A stretch of DNA of 64,000 nt, from assembly GCA_963756895.1 (NCBI GenBank), contig CAVWPI010000010.1:16649-80648 (forward strand). The letters are read 5' to 3'. Both the position numbers and the translations under genes were made by a program. Shown here piece by piece: positions 57,307-64,000 of the stretch. Under the pieces are notes generated by a model that ran no database searches, was not told the DNA's origin, and was given only the letters and a program-made list of their open reading frames with translations. This DNA comes from an uncultured Actinomycetes bacterium (lineage in GTDB: Bacteria > Actinomycetota > Acidimicrobiia > IMCC26256 > DASPTH01). Each line of letters starts with the position of its first letter. Within the stretch, counting starts at the first letter, position 1.

Positions 57307-57705
57307 TCAGACCGGTTCGAAGCCGAAGACCACGGCCTCGGTGCCTTCGTCGTCCGTACCGGCGACGAACGTCGTGAGCTTCACCTTCATTCCGAGCGTC
57401 ACGTGCTTCGGGTCGGGCTCGATGTTGACGACGTTGGCCTTCACGTCGCCGCCACCGTCGAGGTCGACGACCGACGACACGTAGGGCACCGGTACGCCGG
57501 GGGCCGCCTGGTGGACGATCGCGAACGAGCGCACGACCCCGGTGGTGCCGAGCACCTTCTTCGTGAACTCGCGGTTCGCGCAGCGACCGCACGCGTTGCG
57601 CCGGTCCCAGAAGAGGGCACCGCACTTCGTGCACTCGTTGGCTTCCAGGTGTGGTTCACCGCCGTCGAGGACGAGGTAGTCGACGATCGGGATCTGGTTC
57701 GCCAT
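57307..57705 (-). CDS. DUF35 (zinc-ribbon plus OB-fold) acyl-CoA-associated protein
   Basis: CTKCGALFWDRRNACGRCANREF is a four-Cys ribbon, followed by an OB-fold-like beta region. Confidence 0.8.
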   Translation of the reverse strand: MANQIPIVDYLVLDGGEPHLEANECTKCGALFWDRRNACGRCANREFTKKVLGTTGVVRSFAIVHQAAPGVPVPYVSSVVDLDGGGDVKANVVNIEPDPKHVTLGMKVKLTTFVAGTDDEGTEAVVFGFEPV

Positions 57706-57751
57706 CGGTTGTCTGCTTCCCCCGGAGAGTCAATGATGCCGGCGACCGACG

Positions 57752-59776
57752 CTACCCCGTGGGTCCGGTCCCGACCACCTCCGGGGCGTCCAGGTGAGGG
57801 TCGTCGAGCAAACCGTCGTGGGTCCGGTCGGGGTCGGTCTCGAGGTGCGCGATCCAGGCCTCGAACATCTCCGCGTAGCGGCCCCCGGGGCGGTGCACCA
57901 GCTCCTCGTGCGATCCCAGCTCGATGATCTGGCCGTCGTCGACGACGGCGATGCGGTCGGCCCGCATCGCGGTGGACAGCCGGTGGGCGACGATGATCGC
58001 GGTGCGGCCCTCCAGCACCGCGTCGAGCCCGGCCTCCACCTGGGTCTCCGACTTGAGGTCGAGGTTCGACGTCGCTTCGTCGAGCACGAGCACGCGGGGC
58101 GACGCGAGGAACGCCCGGGCCAGCGCGATGAGCTGGCGCTCGCCCGACGACAGGGACACGCCCCGCTCGTGGACCGGGGTGTCGACGCCCTCGGGCAGCC
58201 GGTCGATGAGCTCGCTGAGGCCCACCTGTGCGACCGCGTCGATCACCTCGTCGTCGGTGGCGTCGGGTCTGGCGAAGGCGATGTTGTCGCGCATGGTGCC
58301 CGCGAACAGGAACGGCTCCTGCGGCACCACCCCGAGCTGGCGCCGCAGCGAGTCGATGGTGATGCCGCGCAGGTCGTGGCCGTCGATCGCGACCATGCCT
58401 TCCGTCGGGTCGTAGAAGCGGGTGACGAGCTTGGCGATGGTCGACTTCCCGGCGCCCGTGGGTCCGACCAACGAGATCGTCTCCCCCGCCGCGATCTCGA
58501 GGTCGACCTCGTGGAGCACCGGCTTGGCCGGGTCGTACGCGAACGACACGTGCTTCAGCGAGACCGCGCCCTCGATCGGCGGCAACGGCACCGCGTCCTC
58601 CGCCTCCTCCACGGTCGGATGCGTCTCGAGCAACTCGTCGAGCTTGGTGATCGCGGCCTGGCCCTGCTGGTACAGGTTGTACTGCTGCACCAACGACTGG
58701 ATCGGGCCGAAGAACGAGTTGAGGTAGAGGATGAACGCGGCGAGCGCGCCGACGGAGAGCGTGCCGTCGCGCACCATGTTGCCGCCGATGAGGAGCAACG
58801 CGGCCTGGCCGAGCAGCCCGACGAACTCGGTGCACGCGCCGTAGGTCGCCGCGATCTTCGCGGTGTGGTCGTTGGCGTCGCGGTAGACCCCGGTGACGTT
58901 GCGGTGCTGCAGCACGTTGTGCCGCGCCCGGTTGAACCCGGTGACGACGCGCACGCCCGACAGGCTCTCGGAGAGGTCGCTGAGCACGCTGGCGATGCCG
59001 TCGCGGACGCGGTTGTACCCCTTGTCGGACGCCGACCGGAACCACAACGAGAGCCCAGTGACGATCGGGACGATCATGAGGAGCGTGAGCAGCGTGAGCT
59101 CGACGTTGTAGAAGAAGAGCACCGCCGTGACGATCACCATCGTGAGGCCCTGCAGCGCGAACTGCGGGAGCCCGTCCTGCAGCAGCTGCTGGAGCGACTC
59201 GATGTCGCTCGTCATGCGGGTCATGATCACGCCGGCCTTCTCGTCGGTGTAGTAGTCGAGCGAGAGGCGTTGCAGGTGGGCGAACGTGCGGACGCGCAGT
59301 TCGAACATGACGCGCGACGCGACGCGGCCGGTGGTGGCGACGCGGGCGCCGCTCGCCAGCGCCGACACCACGACCGCAAGGATGGCGAGGATCCCGATGA
59401 TCGTGAGCGCGGTCCAGTCGTGCGGCGTGATGCCCTCGTCGATGCCCAACTTGACGAGAGCCGGTCCCGCCTGCACACACAGCGCTTCCATGAGGATGAA
59501 GAACCCCGAGAGCGTCATCATCCGGCGGTGCGGCCGCAGCATCCGGCGCAGGCTGACGCCGGTCTCCTTCATGCGGTGGGTGAACGAGCTGTCCGACGCC
59601 TGCCAGCGGGGGTCGCCGGTCAGGTCGGGTTCGTCGGCCAGGAGCTTCTCGACGCCCTGGCGCATCTCCCACGGGATCCCCGCGAACGGCAGCCCGTTGC
59701 CCGGGTTGCCGGGCGAGCCCCCGACCGCGCCGCCCATCGGCGCGCCGCCCGTCATGGTGCCCCCGCCCCAAGCCAT
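57752..59776 (-). CDS. ABC exporter, fused TMD-NBD half-transporter (partner 2)
   Basis: Six-TM domain, Walker A GPTGAGKST, signature LSSGERQ, Walker B VLVLDEATS. ATG overlaps the upstream stop. Confidence 0.9.
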   Translation of the reverse strand: MAWGGGTMTGGAPMGGAVGGSPGNPGNGLPFAGIPWEMRQGVEKLLADEPDLTGDPRWQASDSSFTHRMKETGVSLRRMLRPHRRMMTLSGFFILMEALCVQAGPALVKLGIDEGITPHDWTALTIIGILAILAVVVSALASGARVATTGRVASRVMFELRVRTFAHLQRLSLDYYTDEKAGVIMTRMTSDIESLQQLLQDGLPQFALQGLTMVIVTAVLFFYNVELTLLTLLMIVPIVTGLSLWFRSASDKGYNRVRDGIASVLSDLSESLSGVRVVTGFNRARHNVLQHRNVTGVYRDANDHTAKIAATYGACTEFVGLLGQAALLLIGGNMVRDGTLSVGALAAFILYLNSFFGPIQSLVQQYNLYQQGQAAITKLDELLETHPTVEEAEDAVPLPPIEGAVSLKHVSFAYDPAKPVLHEVDLEIAAGETISLVGPTGAGKSTIAKLVTRFYDPTEGMVAIDGHDLRGITIDSLRRQLGVVPQEPFLFAGTMRDNIAFARPDATDDEVIDAVAQVGLSELIDRLPEGVDTPVHERGVSLSSGERQLIALARAFLASPRVLVLDEATSNLDLKSETQVEAGLDAVLEGRTAIIVAHRLSTAMRADRIAVVDDGQIIELGSHEELVHRPGGRYAEMFEAWIAHLETDPDRTHDGLLDDPHLDAPEVVGTGPTG

Positions 59777-61719
59777 CAGTCCACGTCCCGCATCTCGCCG
59801 AGGTCGGCGTCGAGCACGCGCGACCGTTCGACGTCGGCGGCGGCGACCGCGTCGAGGTCGGCGTCGGCGTCCCCGTCGTGGAGCTCGAGGTCGGCGTCGG
59901 GGTCGGCCTGGGCCAGGATCTCGGCGTAGCGCGGCTCGGTCGCCAAGAGCTCGGTATGGGTGCCCTCAGCGATGACCCGACCGCCCTCGACCACCGCGAC
60001 GCGGTCGGCCAGGCTGATGGTCGACAACCGGTGGGCGATGATCAGCGTGGTGCGATCGACCATCAACTCGCGCAGTGCTTCGTGGATCTGCTGCTCGATC
60101 TGCACGTCGATCGCCGATGTGGCGTCGTCGAGCACGAGGATCGGCGGGTTCACCAGCAGCGTGCGGGCGATCGACAGTCGCTGGCGTTGTCCACCGGAGA
60201 GGGTGAAGCCGCGCTCGCCCACCACGGTGTCGTAACCGTCGGGCAGGGCGCGCACGAACTCGTCGGCGCCGGCGGCGATGGCCGCCGCGACCACGTCGTC
60301 GAACGACGCGTCGGGTCGGCCGTACGCGATGTTGTCGCGGATCGACACCGAGAACAGGAACGGCTCGTCGAGCACCATGCCGATGTGGTGGCGCAGGCTC
60401 GGCAAGGTCAGGTCGCGCACGTCGTGGTCGTCGACGCGCACAGCACCACCCGACGCGTCGTAGAAGCGAGCGAGGAGCCGTGAGGCCGTCGACTTACCAC
60501 TGCCGGTGCGTCCGACGAGGGCGACGGTCTCCCCCGGTCGGACGTGCAGCTCGAAGTGGTCGAGCACCGACGTGCCGTTCGCATACCCGAACGACACGTC
60601 GTCGAAGTGCACGTCGCCACGGCATTCGACGAGATCGACCGCGCCCGGACGGTCGACGACGTCGGGCTGCTCGTCGAGCACCTCGTAGATGCGCTGCGCC
60701 GACGCCGAGGCGCGCTGACCCATCATCAGGATCATGCCGAGCTGACGGAACGGCGGCTGGAGCATCAGCACATAGGCGTTGAACGCGATGATGTCGCCCA
60801 CTGTCGCCTGGCCGTTGATGGCGAGGTACCCACCGTAGAACAGCACGATGGCCTGCCCGAGGCGGGGCAGGTTCTCGAGCAGCGGCGACCACTTGGCCCG
60901 GATGTCGGCGTCCTTGACGTTGGCCCACTCGGCCCGCAGCGCGGCACCCGTGAGGTGCTGCAACTGCAGATCCTCGGCCGCGAACGACTTGACCACGCGA
61001 ACGCCGTTGATGTTCTCGTCGACGACGGTGGCGACGTCGGCCAGGCGCGACTGGATGAGCCACGACACCGGGAACATCTGCTTCCGCATGCGCACGCCCA
61101 CGATGTAGACGAACGGCATCGTCGACATCGTGACCAGCGCGAGCGGCACGTTGATCGACAGCATCTCCGCGAAGGCGAGGACGGCGACGCTGCACTGCAC
61201 GAGGATCGACGGCGCGAACGTGAGGTACATCTGCACGGAACGGATGTCGGAGTTCGCGCGCGAGATCAGCTGGCCCGACTGCACGCGGTCGTAGAACGAG
61301 AACGACATGCGGCTGAGGTGCTCGTACATGATGTTCCGCAGGTCGTATTCGATGCGGTACGCCGTCTTGAGCAGGTAGTTGCGCGAGAGGTACGTGAGCA
61401 CGAACCGGATCGCGGCGAGCACGGCGATGACCGTCACGAAGTATTCGAGCGACTGACCGGTGGACTTGCCCAGCGCGTCGATCGCCTGCCCGACCTCGTT
61501 GGGGATCTGCACCTGCACCGCGAGGCCGATGAACGAGGCGAGCAGCGAGAAGCCGAACATCCACTTGTGGGCGAGGACGATCGGGCGCATCCGCTGGATC
61601 CACGAACCGCCCTTGTCGGGGCCGATGTGCGCGCGCGGCGGCGGGTAGTTCGGGGTGACGCCGACGGGCACGAACGGCGACGTGACGTCGGCGCCGAACG
61701 CGCCCATCTCGATCGTCAC
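59776..61719 (-). CDS. ABC exporter, fused TMD-NBD half-transporter (partner 1)
   Basis: GRTGSGKST, LSGGQRQRLSIA, ILVLDDATS. GTG 61719 overlaps the MarR stop (GTGA). Confidence 0.9.
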   Translation of the reverse strand: MTIEMGAFGADVTSPFVPVGVTPNYPPPRAHIGPDKGGSWIQRMRPIVLAHKWMFGFSLLASFIGLAVQVQIPNEVGQAIDALGKSTGQSLEYFVTVIAVLAAIRFVLTYLSRNYLLKTAYRIEYDLRNIMYEHLSRMSFSFYDRVQSGQLISRANSDIRSVQMYLTFAPSILVQCSVAVLAFAEMLSINVPLALVTMSTMPFVYIVGVRMRKQMFPVSWLIQSRLADVATVVDENINGVRVVKSFAAEDLQLQHLTGAALRAEWANVKDADIRAKWSPLLENLPRLGQAIVLFYGGYLAINGQATVGDIIAFNAYVLMLQPPFRQLGMILMMGQRASASAQRIYEVLDEQPDVVDRPGAVDLVECRGDVHFDDVSFGYANGTSVLDHFELHVRPGETVALVGRTGSGKSTASRLLARFYDASGGAVRVDDHDVRDLTLPSLRHHIGMVLDEPFLFSVSIRDNIAYGRPDASFDDVVAAAIAAGADEFVRALPDGYDTVVGERGFTLSGGQRQRLSIARTLLVNPPILVLDDATSAIDVQIEQQIHEALRELMVDRTTLIIAHRLSTISLADRVAVVEGGRVIAEGTHTELLATEPRYAEILAQADPDADLELHDGDADADLDAVAAADVERSRVLDADLGEMRDVD

Positions 61720-62147
61720 TTGTCGCGCTCCAGGCGCGCCTCGCGGTTGCGGTCGAGCGCCAGGTTCCAACCGTCGAGGCCGGTGGGGGCGTCGTCGAAG
61801 AAGGCCGCGATCTCGTCGAGCCGGACCTCGGCGGCGGCGTCGGCGGCGGCCAGCAGCTTGGCGCCGTCGCGGGTGAGGAGGAGGGTGAGTCGACGGCGGT
61901 CCTCGGGGTCGGCCCGGCGCTCCACGAGTCCACGGCCCACGAGGCCGTCGACGACCGCGGTCACCGACGGCGGGCTCACCGCCAGCCGGCGGGCCAGCAC
62001 CGACGACGCGGTCGAGCCCTCACCGAGCAGGGCGAGGACCCGGTACTGCGGCAGGGACAGGTCGAGTGGGGCCAGCGCCACCTCGACCTGTTTGGCCAGG
62101 CGGGCGACCGCGCGGGCCGCGCCCGTGATCGTCCGCGCCGGGCTCAC
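61716..62147 (-). CDS. MarR-family regulator, first gene of the ABC exporter operon
   Basis: LSLPQYRVLALLGEGSTASSVLARRLAVSPPSVTAVVDGLVGRGLVERRADPEDRR. Confidence 0.8.
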   Translation of the reverse strand: MSPARTITGAARAVARLAKQVEVALAPLDLSLPQYRVLALLGEGSTASSVLARRLAVSPPSVTAVVDGLVGRGLVERRADPEDRRRLTLLLTRDGAKLLAAADAAAEVRLDEIAAFFDDAPTGLDGWNLALDRNREARLERDK

Positions 62148-62163
62148 CGTCGACCACCCGGCC

Positions 62164-62209
62164 GTCGTTCACCGTCACATCGTTCACCGACACATCGTTC
62201 GACGGCCAC
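62164..62209. repeat. three tandem 15-16-nt direct repeats upstream of the MarR gene
   Basis: GTCGTTCACCGTCAC / ATCGTTCACCGACAC / ATCGTTCGACGGCCAC, lying 17-63 nt from GTG 62147. Confidence 0.6.
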
Positions 62210-62303
62210 ATGGTTAGGGTATCGAAGGATCTCCCGGTCGCCCCAGGTTCGCGGGGTCGCCCAGAATGGCAGCGTGGGCAGGGGCAGGGCGGGCACGGGC
62301 AGG

Positions 62304-63034
62304 GTGGAGACGCGCGGGACGCTGCTCCTCACGGGCGCTCGCGGTCTGATCGGTCGCGCGATCACGCCCCGCCTCGAGCGCGACGGTTGGCAGGTCAGGC
62401 CCTTCGACCTCGCCGACGGCGACGACCTGCGGGATCCCACCGCGGTGCGAGACGCCGCACGCGGCTGCGTGGCATCGTGCACGCCGGCGCCATCCCGAAC
62501 GACTCCCAGGGGACTGCGGCGGACATCCTCGTCACCAACGTGGGCGGCACGTGGCACGTCCTGCTCGCCGCGCAGCAGGTTGGGATGCGACGGGTCGTGT
62601 CGTTCTCGTCGATCCAGGTGTTCGGGTGTTCGGCCGGCGAGGGCGAGCCCGACTACCTGCCGATCGACGACGACCACCCCCGCCGGGCCGCGCGGCCGTA
62701 CGGGAACTCGAAGCGCCTGGGCGAGGACCTCTGCGACGCGTGGAGTGCACAGACCGGCATCCCGACGGTGACCCTCCGACCGCCGACCGTGCTGGGCGAG
62801 GAGCCGTTCGGGCGCATCGATCCCGGGGACTTGGAGCGCCGGGCGTTCGTCCACGTCGACGACGTCGCCGACGCAGTTGTACGCGCCGTGACCGTCCCGG
62901 TCGACGGTCACCTGACACTGCTCCTCAGCGCCACCGGCGACATCGACGCCGGCCGCGCCCGTGAGGTGCTCGGTTGGAAGCCGGTGCGTGTGCGCTCCCG
63001 CCGCCAGCAGCTCCGCCGCCTCCTCCGACGCTGA
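62304..63034 (+). pseudogene. NAD-dependent epimerase/dehydratase with a frame break at about 62470
   Basis: LLLTGARGLIGRAI (GxxGxxG) is in the frame of ORF 62274. GIVHAGAIP...YGNSKRLGE (YxxxK) is in the frame of ORF 62210..63034. The start may instead be 62274. Confidence 0.7.
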
Positions 63035-63053
63035 GCGCGAGACTGTCCCCGCC

Positions 63054-63135
63054 GCGAGCGTGGCGGAACCGGCAGACGCGCCAGGTTTAGGTCCTGGTCC
63101 CGAGAGGGGTGGGAGTTCGAGTCTCCCCGCTCGCA
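63054..63135 (+). tRNA. tRNA-Leu, anticodon UAG, class II with a long variable arm, CCA not encoded
   Basis: Acceptor GCGAGCG/CGCTCGC plus discriminator A. D-arm GTGGCGGAACCGGCAGACGC is almost identical to E. coli tRNA-Leu. Anticodon stem CCAGG/CCTGG with loop TTTAGGT. T-arm GGGAG-TTCGAGT-CTCCC. Confidence 0.9.
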
Positions 63136-63434
63136 CAAGGGTTGTGAGGTGGCTGGAAGTCCAGCGGACTATCCCACTACCTAAGTTTCGACGTGCGTCC
63201 TTCTCACACCGGTCCGCGGTGCTCGCTCCATGACCGTCAACTGCGCACAGATCAGCGACGCGTGAGAGCGGCGGCACCCCATGCGCGAGATGTGTCGATC
63301 GAGGCGGCCGTTGGAGGTACTTCCGTGAAGGTTCGGCGTGTTATGTGCGCGGTTGGCAAGCGTGAGATCCCCTCTGTAGGCGCGGTCGCGAGTGCCGACC
63401 GGAGCTTGCGCATCGGTATCAGGAGGCCCGTGCA

Positions 63435-64000
63435 TCAAATGCTGATGACGACCTTGCCTCGCGCGCGACCGTCGCTCACGTACCGGATGGCCACGGGGAC
63501 ATCGCCGAGTGGGTACGTCTTGTCGATGGCAGGAGTGACTTTGCCGGATTCAATGAGTTCCCTGAGCACCACCAGGTCTGCGGAGTTCTCCGACGATGCC
63601 AGCGTGCCGAGCTTCTGGCTCACCACCAACGACAACAAGAGCGCCCGGATCTGGCGGTCGAACCCACCAAGCCACCGTCCATCGGTCTCGCCCCCGACGA
63701 TGACGAGCCTCCCTGTCGTGGTGAGGGCTCGACGGAGCTGCGACAGCCGACGGTTACCGCCGATGTCGAGGATCACGTCGTAGCGACGCTTCCCATCGGT
63801 GAAGTCTTCGCGCGTGTAGTCAACGATGTGGTCAGCCCCGAGGGCTCGGACCATGTCCATCTTCGCGGTGCTGCACACACCCGTGACTTCAGCACCGAAC
63901 GCCTGGGCGATCTGCACCGCGAACGTCCCCACGCCTCCCGACGCGCCGATGATGAGCACCGTCTGTCCCGCCTTGACCTTCGCTTTGTCGCGCACTGCCT
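63435..64000 (-). CDS. zinc-type alcohol dehydrogenase/quinone oxidoreductase (MDR) family, N-terminus outside the window
   Basis: LIIGASGGVGTFAVQIAQAFGAEV cofactor motif. The frame remains open to nt 64000. Confidence 0.8.
   Translation of the reverse strand, partial: AVRDKAKVKAGQTVLIIGASGGVGTFAVQIAQAFGAEVTGVCSTAKMDMVRALGADHIVDYTREDFTDGKRRYDVILDIGGNRRLSQLRRALTTTGRLVIVGGETDGRWLGGFDRQIRALLLSLVVSQKLGTLASSENSADLVVLRELIESGKVTPAIDKTYPLGDVPVAIRYVSDGRARGKVVISI

Noticed and set aside
63181-63783. ORFs 63181..63438 (-) and 63193..63783 (+) downstream of the tRNA.
   Set aside because: Neither shows any recognisable family. They have mixed codon usage and overlap each other as well as the well-supported MDR oxidoreductase gene. 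The 300-nt stretch is treated as non-coding.
1-64000. CRISPR arrays, rRNA genes, transposases, integrases, IS inverted repeats and prophage genes.
   Set aside because: None of the supported genes belongs to these classes, and no spaced direct-repeat array is visible. The only tandem repeat is the 3 x 15-nt array at 62164..62209.

Overview
This is a 64-kb, roughly 70% GC segment of an actinobacterial-type chromosome, and it is almost entirely coding. I can support about 58 protein genes, one tRNA-Leu(UAG) and one yybP-ykoY (Mn2+) riboswitch. I found no rRNA, CRISPR array, transposase or integrase.

Gene content:
- Acyl-CoA and lipid-type catabolism dominates. There are 7 crotonase-family enoyl-CoA hydratases, 3 intact and 1 broken acyl-CoA synthetase, and 3 family III CoA-transferases, two of which are tandem-fused double-domain proteins. 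There are also 2 thiolases (one SCP-x type paired with a DUF35 protein), 5 SDRs, a double hot-dog hydratase, a P450, EthD and 2 amidohydrolases.
- A complete kdpFABCDE K+ uptake locus is present. It also has an unlisted 50-codon ORF coupled to kdpF and a divergent gene for an orphan DUF4118 protein.
- Transport and regulator pairs are MMPL/MarR, a riboswitch-controlled terC operon, MFS-crcB-crcB/TetR, and a two-gene ABC exporter/MarR.
- The most unusual unit is a three-gene operon at 50.5-55.9 kb. It encodes a class III cyclase-STAND-TPR protein, an FtsX permease, and an ABC ATPase fused to a cNMP-binding domain.

Second striking property: at least 17 reading-frame breaks affect 11-12 otherwise well-conserved genes, and about 9 of them sit in 3.1 kb (14.97-18.06 kb). 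Most are single extra bases in C/G runs. They could be an assembly artefact or real decay, and I cannot tell which from the sequence alone.

Many long ORFs in the supplied track are antisense or off-frame artefacts of the high GC content and are rejected. All product calls come from motif recognition by eye. No database search was run.
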